Of a DNA stretch of 64,000 nt, positions 51,910 to 59,062 are shown piece after piece. Below the pieces are notes generated by a model, which did not search any database, had not been told where the DNA came from, and saw only the letters and a program-made list of their open reading frames with translations. Within the stretch, counting starts at the first letter, position 1. Every line of letters begins with the position of its first letter. Source of the stretch: Gemmatimonadota bacterium (lineage in GTDB: Bacteria > Gemmatimonadota > Gemmatimonadetes > Gemmatimonadales > GWC2-71-9); NCBI GenBank assembly GCA_039592335.1, contig JBDHBX010000006.1:51479-115478 (forward strand), given 5' to 3'. The position numbers were made by a program, and so were the translations under genes.

Positions 51910-52887
51910 ATGACCATCGTACCCCCAACCATGCACAGGTTCCGCGGCAAGCTCACGCCCGCCACGGCCGCGCTGCTGCAGCTGGTGGCAGGAGCGGCGC
52001 TCATCAGCTTCTCGCCGGTGCTGGTGAACGTCGCACACGTGGGCCCCACGGTATCGGGCTTCTACCGGTTGCTGTTTGGCGGGCTGGCGCTGGCGTTGAT
52101 CGTTCTGGTGCGGCGCGACCGTTGGTGGGCCGGGCGGCGCCACCTGGCGTTCACCGCCCTGGCCGGCGTCGTCCTCGCCGCGGACTTGGCGGTATGGCAC
52201 CGCAGCGTCCTGCTGATCGGCCCCGGCCTCGCCACCATTCTGGGCAACTTCCAGGTGTTCTTCCTCGGGGCATACGGCGTGCTCGTGCTGCACGAGCACC
52301 CCGGCGTGCGGCTCAAGGCGGCCGTACCGCTCGCCGTGCTGGGGCTGATCCTGATCTTCGGGTTCGACTGGAGCGTGTTGCAGCCGGGCTACCGCCTAGG
52401 GCTGCTGCTGGGGGTGCTCACGGGGCTGTTCTACGCGGGCTACGTCCTGACTCTGCGGCGGGCGCAGACGGAGCCGGGCGCCCCCAACGCCGTAGTAACG
52501 GTGGCGCTGCTCTGCCTGGTGGGATCGGTGTTCGCGGCTGGCGCCGTGGAGCTCGAAGGCGAGAGCTTCCGTATCCCCGACGCGTGGACCTGGGGTGTCC
52601 TCATCGCCTACGGTCTGATTCCCCAGGTGGCGGGCTGGGTGCTGATCTCCCGGGCGCTGCCCAATTTGGAAGCCTCGCGCGCCGGCTTGGTCTTACTGCT
52701 GCAGCCCGCGCTCGCGTTCGTGTGGGACCTGCTTCTATTTCGGAGGCCCACCACGGCGGTGGAGCTGCTCGGCGCGACCCTCACGCTGTGCGCGATCTAT
52801 CTGGGCGCCACGGGCAGGCGCCAAAGGGAGCCTCGACCGGCGACCGTCAGCAGCACTCCCCCTCCGGACCGCAGCACGCGTAGCTGA
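51910..52887 (+). CDS. DMT/EamA family transporter
   Basis: About ten TM segments in two repeats; ISFSPVLV, GLATILGNFQV, LLLQP. Start 51910 or 51931. Confidence 0.88.
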   Translation: MTIVPPTMHRFRGKLTPATAALLQLVAGAALISFSPVLVNVAHVGPTVSGFYRLLFGGLALALIVLVRRDRWWAGRRHLAFTALAGVVLAADLAVWHRSVLLIGPGLATILGNFQVFFLGAYGVLVLHEHPGVRLKAAVPLAVLGLILIFGFDWSVLQPGYRLGLLLGVLTGLFYAGYVLTLRRAQTEPGAPNAVVTVALLCLVGSVFAAGAVELEGESFRIPDAWTWGVLIAYGLIPQVAGWVLISRALPNLEASRAGLVLLLQPALAFVWDLLLFRRPTTAVELLGATLTLCAIYLGATGRRQREPRPATVSSTPPPDRSTRS

Positions 52888-55324
52888 CGTACTCCTCGCC
52901 CGGCTGCAGCACCGCGAACATCCCCTCGTACGGCACCCGGCTCAGCTTGGCCACCGTGTCGGTGCACACCTCGTAGGGCTCGTTGCGCGGGAAGAGGTGG
53001 CCCTCCTCGTCCACGAACGCCTTGCCGGGGCCGAGGTAGACGGCGCGGTGCCCCTCGAACACGCACCCGTCGCGCTTCTCGAACTTGAAGCCCTGCACGG
53101 TCACCGAGTAGAAGGGGTATCCCTCGACGTCCTTCCAGTAGGTACGCTTGAGCACGCTCAGACCGTAGAAGCCCGCGCGCTCGAGCCGGGCCAGGAACTC
53201 CTCCTGGGTGAGCGCGCCCACGAGACACTCACCCCACAGCTGCGGGTTCACCTTGAGGTGGGGCGGCACGTCCCGCTCGCTCACGATGTCGGAGATCACG
53301 ATCCGGCCGTGGTCTCTCAGCACGCGCCACATCTCCTCGAGCACGCGCGGCTTGTCGGGTGACAAGTTGACCACGCAGTTCGAGGTTATCAGGTCCACCG
53401 CGCGGTCCTCCACGGGAATCTCTTCCAGAAAGCCCTTGCGAAAGTCCACCACGTCGTAGCCGAGGGAGGCCGTGACCTTGGGCTGGTTCTCCCGCGCCAC
53501 CGCGAGCATGCGGTCGGTCATGTCCACCCCGATGGCCTTCCCCTCGGGACCCACCAGCTTCGCCGCGATGAACACGTCGATCCCGGCGCCGCTCCCCAGG
53601 TCCACCACGGTCTCGCCTAACTGGATGCCGGCACTCGCCATGGGCGAGCCGCAGCCGTAGAAGCGGTCCAGCACCTCCTGGGGGATGTGATCGACCGCCG
53701 TGTCGTCGTACTTCGTGGGACAGCACAACTCGGCCTGGGGCTGCTCGGCCGCCTTGCCGTAGAACTCGCGCATCTTGGCGCGCGGCTTGTCCACGTCGAA
53801 GGAGAGGACGCAGTTGGAGTGCAGCGTGAGCACGGGGCGTTCGGCCAGCGCGCCGTCGGCGGTACCGCAGGCGATGGCACCCTCCCCCATCGCGTGCAGC
53901 ACCAGCGGCGCGTCGTACCCCGAGCGCAGGTTGCGACGCGCGAGCTTCTCCCGCCCCAGCGACGTCATGGCGTGCCGCACCAGCCGCACGGTGACCGGAT
54001 AGTAGGGGTCCTGTCCGAGCGGATCGCCGGTGGACCAGAAGGCGTGCTCCCAGTCGCCGCCGCCGGTGAAGAAACGGAAGGGGTCCCGCTCCATCTGCGG
54101 CATCTGCGCGAGGCTGGCATCCCGCAGTCGCCTGATCGCCGGTGACTTCGCCAGGATCTCGTCCAGATCCTGCTGCAGCGTGTCGCCGCACAGCAGGTGT
54201 GGCTCGTTCACGAGTGCGGCGGTGGGATAGACCTTACCGTCCACGTACACACCCAAGGAGTCCCAGCCGCCGTTGCCGAGGTCGTACTTCACGCCGGGGA
54301 CGCCGTTCACACGTCGCTTCACGGCTTCCAGATTGTCGAGGCTCACGCCCAGCGCCTCGGAGGCTTCGACCGTACGCATCACCGCGTCGATAATCGGCTC
54401 GATGTCGGGGAAGAACCCGTTGCCGCTCACGGCGGCGCGACCGCGCTTGTGCGCCCACATCAAGTGCTGGCTCCTGGCACCCACCGACTGCACCAGCTGG
54501 GGTAGGAGCGGCAGCTCCTCCAGGTTCTCCTCGGCCACCACGGTGGAGAGGGAGACGTCGAAGCCGCGGTTGCCCAGCAGGCGCGCGCCGTCGAGAGCCT
54601 GCGTGAATGTTCCGGCGCCGCGAATCCGGTCGTTCGTCTTGGGCCGGGCGCCGTCCACCGAGACCTGGAAGCGCACTCGCTGGGGATCGACCGTCGCGAG
54701 CCCCTCCCTCACTCGGCCCTGAAAGACCGTGGCGTTGGTGAGGACGATGACCTCCAACCCGTGTCGATCGGTCGCATGCCGGACGAGGTCGAAGATGTCG
54801 CGTCGTACGAACGGCTCGCCGCCCGTCAGGTAGAGCCGCTCCAGTCCCAATTCGGCGGCGCGATCCACCAGGTTCCGCAGCCGATCGTAGGGCAATCCCG
54901 GTTCCTTGCCCGGACCCGAGAACACGAGGCAATGGGCGCATTCGAGGTTGCAGGCGTTGTTGACCTGGATCCACAACTCCTTGAGCCCCTCGGGCGCGGT
55001 GAGCGCTGCGCGGCCTGGGTAGGGCTCGGTGCCGAACGGACGATCCGAGACCATGCCGGCCCGATTCAGGGCGGCGAGGAAGTCGTGCACGTGCACCCAG
55101 GCCTTGCCGGCCTCGAGGCCGTGGCGCCCGGCGTACTGGGCGACGAGCCCGCCCAACGTGCCGGTTCCGGCGGCCCGGTCGATCACGTCCAGCAGCTCGC
55201 GCCCCCTCGAGTCGACGGCGATCCAGTTGGGTGCCCGCGGGTCGATGGCGTACGAGACGCCGTCCTCCTCGAAGTGGTGGAGGGTCGGCACGTGCAGCGG
55301 TGTGCGGTGGTCGAGCGTGAGCAT
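52847..55324 (-). CDS. RRE-like / radical SAM / degenerate SPASM / ArsM-type As(III) methyltransferase fusion
   Basis: CNLECAHC, TGGEP, TNA, SVDG; ArsM motifs LCCP, FYGCGSP, DLGSGAG, SNCVVNL, LWGECL; C-terminal CCGPEGECC. Start 55324, 55330 or 55345. Confidence 0.88.
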   Translation of the reverse strand: MLTLDHRTPLHVPTLHHFEEDGVSYAIDPRAPNWIAVDSRGRELLDVIDRAAGTGTLGGLVAQYAGRHGLEAGKAWVHVHDFLAALNRAGMVSDRPFGTEPYPGRAALTAPEGLKELWIQVNNACNLECAHCLVFSGPGKEPGLPYDRLRNLVDRAAELGLERLYLTGGEPFVRRDIFDLVRHATDRHGLEVIVLTNATVFQGRVREGLATVDPQRVRFQVSVDGARPKTNDRIRGAGTFTQALDGARLLGNRGFDVSLSTVVAEENLEELPLLPQLVQSVGARSQHLMWAHKRGRAAVSGNGFFPDIEPIIDAVMRTVEASEALGVSLDNLEAVKRRVNGVPGVKYDLGNGGWDSLGVYVDGKVYPTAALVNEPHLLCGDTLQQDLDEILAKSPAIRRLRDASLAQMPQMERDPFRFFTGGGDWEHAFWSTGDPLGQDPYYPVTVRLVRHAMTSLGREKLARRNLRSGYDAPLVLHAMGEGAIACGTADGALAERPVLTLHSNCVLSFDVDKPRAKMREFYGKAAEQPQAELCCPTKYDDTAVDHIPQEVLDRFYGCGSPMASAGIQLGETVVDLGSGAGIDVFIAAKLVGPEGKAIGVDMTDRMLAVARENQPKVTASLGYDVVDFRKGFLEEIPVEDRAVDLITSNCVVNLSPDKPRVLEEMWRVLRDHGRIVISDIVSERDVPPHLKVNPQLWGECLVGALTQEEFLARLERAGFYGLSVLKRTYWKDVEGYPFYSVTVQGFKFEKRDGCVFEGHRAVYLGPGKAFVDEEGHLFPRNEPYEVCTDTVAKLSRVPYEGMFAVLQPGEEYVSYACCGPEGECC

Positions 55325-55352
55325 CTTCATCCTCGGCGGTCTCACCGGTCAT

Positions 55353-55378
55353 GAACCGCGGCAGCGAGGCCGCGGTTC
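55353..55378. promoter_or_regulatory. Intercistronic hairpin or palindrome just upstream of the radical SAM-ArsM gene
   Basis: GAACCGCGGC-6 nt-GCCGCGGTTC, perfect 10-bp inverted repeat; no U-tract. Confidence 0.45.
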
Positions 55379-55384
55379 CCGGGG

Positions 55385-55984
55385 CTACTCCTCGGCTGCG
55401 GTCGGCTCGGGCTCCAGAGGCACGGCGCGCAACGCCGCGGCGCGGTACCGTAGCACCGTCCACGCGATCACCGCCAGTGCCAGCACCCCGATGGCGATGC
55501 CGAGTCCGGGATTGCGCCGGTACAGCGCCCCGAGCCCGCTTCCCGAGATGGTGAACACGATGGCGCCCGGGGTGATCCCCAGGGCGGTCGTCCAGCAGAA
55601 CGTCCATCGGTCGATCGTGGTGAGGCCGGCCGCCCAGTTGAGGAGCGTGAAGGCTACCGTGGGAATGAGGCGCAGCGTGAGCAGCGCCGGCCAGCCCGCC
55701 GAGCATACCGCTCGATCGGCCTTGGCCAGGGCACGCAGCGCGACGAGGCGCTCGGCCAAAGGGCGTCCGTAGCGTCGCGCCAGCTCGAAGGAGATCATCG
55801 CCCCGACCAGGGCTCCGCCCCAGGTGGTGAGCACCCCAATGCGGGGGCCGAAGATCATCCCGTTCAACATGGCGGGGATCTCGGCCGGAAACGGCAGGAT
55901 GGCTACCACGATCATGAACAGGGGTGCCAGGAGGTACATCCAGGCCCCCGACTGCTCGATGAGCTGGGCGATGGTGTCGAGCAT
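55385..55984 (-). CDS. TVP38/TMEM64 (VTT, DedA superfamily) membrane protein
   Basis: LPFPAE, GMIFG, LARRYGR, LRLIP, LNWAAGLT, TALGITPG. Confidence 0.9.
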   Translation of the reverse strand: MLDTIAQLIEQSGAWMYLLAPLFMIVVAILPFPAEIPAMLNGMIFGPRIGVLTTWGGALVGAMISFELARRYGRPLAERLVALRALAKADRAVCSAGWPALLTLRLIPTVAFTLLNWAAGLTTIDRWTFCWTTALGITPGAIVFTISGSGLGALYRRNPGLGIAIGVLALAVIAWTVLRYRAAALRAVPLEPEPTAAEE

Positions 55985-56077
55985 GATGTGAAGATTCTAC
56001 GGATCGGCTGGCCCGCAAGTTTCGGATACTGCCCTGCCCCCGGACGAGCCGAGGATTCTATGGTAGGTGGATAATGA

Positions 56078-56107
56078 AGCGGCGGGCCCGGTCCCGGACC
56101 CGCCGCT
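56078..56107 (-). terminator. Terminator hairpin after DUF5916 paralog 1
   Basis: AGCGGCGGG...CCCGCCGCT stem, followed by TCATT on the minus strand. Confidence 0.6.
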
Positions 56108-56130
56108 GGCTGGCCGCCCCCGAGGGTCGT

Positions 56131-58824
56131 CTAGAGGCTGAGCCAGTAATTCAGCTTGATGACGAAGGTGTTCTCGGCCGGAAGCCGGAACATGTCCTTC
56201 AGCCCCTGGCCCGGCTGGAACTGGCCGTTCTCGGTGACGTCGCTGCGTCCATGCTGCCACACCACGAACAGCGTGGAGCCGGGCATGTACTCCCACCGTA
56301 ACACGACGTTGGACCGGAACGAGAGATAGGTGAAGTTCGGGTCCTCCAGCACGATGTCGGCGCTGCCGCTTCCGTCCAGGTCGATCAGGATCTCGCCATC
56401 CTGTTTGGTCACCTGGTCGTCGGTGTAGTCGTAGAACCGGTCCGCGAACGCATCGGCGCGTGGATCGTCAACCTCGCGGTATCCCACGTACTCCCCGGAG
56501 GAGACGAACGGCTCGGCGTAGATCTGAAGCGACAGGTTGGGCCTGAAGGTCATGTTGGCGCGGAATCTCGCGGAGACCGTGGTCTGCTCCAGCATGCCGA
56601 ACACGTAGTGCGTGTCGCCGAGGGCGTCCTGAGTGTCGAGGTACTGCCAGCTGTCAGACTGGCGGGACACGCGCGGAGCCAGAACGAGGCGGATGTTCGA
56701 TGCCGCCTGCCAGATGAGCGGCACCCCGATGCTGTACCCCCAGACCTCGGCTTCCGGTTGGCGCCACCCGTCGGTATTGAGCCCGACGCGCAGCGCTTTG
56801 CGATCGTCGGTGGAGAAGCCGACCCAGGCGCTCTGGGTGTGCGGGGTCCTGAATGCCGGCCCACCACGCAGTGCGGTGTTGGACTGGCCCTCGCTGCCCA
56901 TCCAGACGCCGGCATAGCCATGCCAGTAGTTCGCGAACTGAGCATTCCCGTTCACGTTGCCGCCGATCTCGCTGCGGTTCCACCCCCAATCCCATACCGA
57001 CGACTGGTTGAAGTTGAGCCACGCCTGTCGGACCACCTTGCCGGGATCGAGCCAACGCCGTTGCACCCAGATGTACTGGATGGTGCGGTCCGCCTGCCGC
57101 TGGAAACCGGCATCGTTCACCTCGAAACCGGGCGATCGCGTATCCACCCCGGTGGAGAAGCGCCAGTTGCCTCCCCCGTGCTTGCCGATCGTGAACTGTC
57201 CCGCGAAGCCCGACAGGGACGTCCGGTTCGGGTCGTAAGTGACGTAGTCGTTGTCCGGCCGCTGGAAGTAGCGTGCCGACGACAGTTGGGTCTCGTCGAT
57301 CGCCTCCGCCGAGCCGCGCACGTGGCTCCCCACGATCCAGCCGTTGACGCTGTAGGTGTCGTTGCGCCAGCGGTGGCTCCAGTCGAACCCGCCGGCGTAC
57401 GCGTCACTGCGCAGCCAGTCCAGGTTGTCGGGCAGCCTGCGGTTCACTGCCGTGCCGAAGAAGCCGACCTGCGACTCGCCGTCCCGGAAGTCGCGTGCCA
57501 ACCGGGCAACGAGGTAGTTGGTGCGCGGCTCCACCACGTCCTGGTGGAACTCTCCCGCCGAGTCGACGACCGAGGCCTCTTCCTCGGCGGTGAGGGCGTC
57601 CAGGATGCCGATGGTCCAGCCGTTCGCCTTGCCCGAGAGCTTGCCGGCAAACAGGATCGTGGTCCAGTCGACGCTCTCGGCGTAGCCGCCACGCTCGTCG
57701 GCCTCGTCCTGGGGCCGGCGGCCGATGCGCCGCGTGTAGAACAGCTGCTCGTTGGCGCCGTCCCCGTCACCCAGCAGGATGGGGAAGCGAAAGATGTCGA
57801 TCCCCTCGTTGAAGAAGGGCCGCTGCTCAGGGTAGAACGTCTCGAACGCGCTGAGGTTCACGACCGCCGGGTCGGCCTCGACCTGCCCGAAGTCGGGGTT
57901 GATCGTGCCCGAGAGCGTGAGGTTGGAGGTCACGCCCACGTTGAAGTCCAGCCCGAATCGCGCCGTGCGGTCGCGGCCCGTCTGGAACGGGTTCCCCTCC
58001 TCTGCCTCTGCCCACTCCCCGGTCGCGGCCGCGTACGGCAGGAACTCTGCCCGGCGCGGCGGCTTGATCCCCCGAATGCCGCTCAGCTCACCGAACTGGG
58101 AGACCACGCCCGACTCTTCCTTGGGCATGAGGCGCCAGTGCGACTCCTCGTTGTTGCGGGCGACGATCCGAATGACCTGGAAGCCGAAGGTACTCTCATC
58201 TGCTTTGGGGAAGCGCAGTTGGCTGAACGGGATGCGGAACTCGGCGGTCCAGCCCTCGGGGTCCACCGTGCATCCCACGTCCCACACGGCATCCCACGTG
58301 TCGTCGTCGTTGGTGTCGTCGAACAGGTAGGAGTCGCGTTTCACCCCGGCCGGATTCACCCAAAACACGAACCCGGTGCGCCGGTCATGGTACGAGTCGA
58401 TGCCGATCACGATCCAGTCGGAAGGCGACCACTCGTCGCGCCGCGTGAGGCGGGCCGCGATCTCGTCGGCCTGCGAATCCCACGCCCGCACACCCACGTA
58501 GAGCGCCGCGTCGGTGTAGAGGACGCGCACTTCGGTCCGCTCGGTCGCGGGCTCACCCTCGTTGGGATCGAGCTGGATGAAGTCGGAGAACACCGGGGCG
58601 GCCTGCCACGCCGCTTCGTCGAGCTTCCCGTCAATGCTGGGGGGCTCCGGCTGCGCACGGGCCGCCATCGCTAACGCCGGCCTGGTGGCGGTGCCCGCCA
58701 TGGTGGCCCCGTCGCTGGAGTCCTGTGCGGTGGCGAAGGACAGGGGCGTCAGCGACAGGCCGGCAGTGGCCAGCGGTGCGATGAACAGCCGTTGTGCGTG
58801 ACGCCGAATGTCAGCTCCCCACAT
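56131..58824 (-). CDS. CBM9-like / DUF5916 outer-membrane protein, paralog 1
   Basis: IDGKLDEAAW, EFRIPFSQLRF, INPDFGQVEADP, RPFF, LFYTRRIGR, RWEYMPGS, KLNYWL. Confidence 0.87.
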   Translation of the reverse strand: MWGADIRRHAQRLFIAPLATAGLSLTPLSFATAQDSSDGATMAGTATRPALAMAARAQPEPPSIDGKLDEAAWQAAPVFSDFIQLDPNEGEPATERTEVRVLYTDAALYVGVRAWDSQADEIAARLTRRDEWSPSDWIVIGIDSYHDRRTGFVFWVNPAGVKRDSYLFDDTNDDDTWDAVWDVGCTVDPEGWTAEFRIPFSQLRFPKADESTFGFQVIRIVARNNEESHWRLMPKEESGVVSQFGELSGIRGIKPPRRAEFLPYAAATGEWAEAEEGNPFQTGRDRTARFGLDFNVGVTSNLTLSGTINPDFGQVEADPAVVNLSAFETFYPEQRPFFNEGIDIFRFPILLGDGDGANEQLFYTRRIGRRPQDEADERGGYAESVDWTTILFAGKLSGKANGWTIGILDALTAEEEASVVDSAGEFHQDVVEPRTNYLVARLARDFRDGESQVGFFGTAVNRRLPDNLDWLRSDAYAGGFDWSHRWRNDTYSVNGWIVGSHVRGSAEAIDETQLSSARYFQRPDNDYVTYDPNRTSLSGFAGQFTIGKHGGGNWRFSTGVDTRSPGFEVNDAGFQRQADRTIQYIWVQRRWLDPGKVVRQAWLNFNQSSVWDWGWNRSEIGGNVNGNAQFANYWHGYAGVWMGSEGQSNTALRGGPAFRTPHTQSAWVGFSTDDRKALRVGLNTDGWRQPEAEVWGYSIGVPLIWQAASNIRLVLAPRVSRQSDSWQYLDTQDALGDTHYVFGMLEQTTVSARFRANMTFRPNLSLQIYAEPFVSSGEYVGYREVDDPRADAFADRFYDYTDDQVTKQDGEILIDLDGSGSADIVLEDPNFTYLSFRSNVVLRWEYMPGSTLFVVWQHGRSDVTENGQFQPGQGLKDMFRLPAENTFVIKLNYWLSL

Positions 58825-58867
58825 AGTCGTCGCTCCCGGAGCGATGCCGAAGTGTTTCTATTTGCAC

Positions 58868-58928
58868 TACGACGAGTGGTGCGTGGGGTTTCGCTTGTTA
58901 GACGCGTCGAGGTGGGCGGAATGTTGCA
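58868..58928 (-). promoter_or_regulatory. Tandem ECF-type promoter motifs upstream of paralog 1
   Basis: TGCAAC-18 nt-CGTCTAAC, then GAAAC-16 nt-CGTA. Confidence 0.55.
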
Positions 58929-59012
58929 GAGGAGGATGAAGGAAGACGTCGCAACGGCGACAAGAGTGTTCCCGTTTCGTGGTTTGCCTGCAAGCTTCGG
59001 GGAGAGACGAAA

Positions 59013-59042
59013 AGCGGCGGACTCGATCCCGAGCCCGCCGCT
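59013..59042 (-). terminator. Terminator hairpin after DUF5916 paralog 2
   Basis: AGCGGCGG...CCGCCGCT stem followed by TTT on the minus strand; stem base shared with the 56078 hairpin. Confidence 0.65.
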
Positions 59043-59062
59043 CATTACCAGGGGCGTCCGAG

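Noticed and set aside
52780-52860. Selenocysteine readthrough of the TGA after the terminal CC of the ArsM fusion
   Set aside because: No convincing SECIS hairpin; the downstream sequence is the antisense of the EamA gene, and CC termini are common in ArsM proteins.
56008-56024. Sigma54-like CTGGCCCGCAAGTTTC resembling the 38313 promoter
   Set aside because: Lacks the -12 GC and does not point toward any plus-strand gene.
55985-56130. RiPP precursor peptide for the RRE-radical SAM enzyme
   Set aside because: No short ORF with an RBS and leader/core character near the gene; a substrate, if any, is encoded elsewhere.
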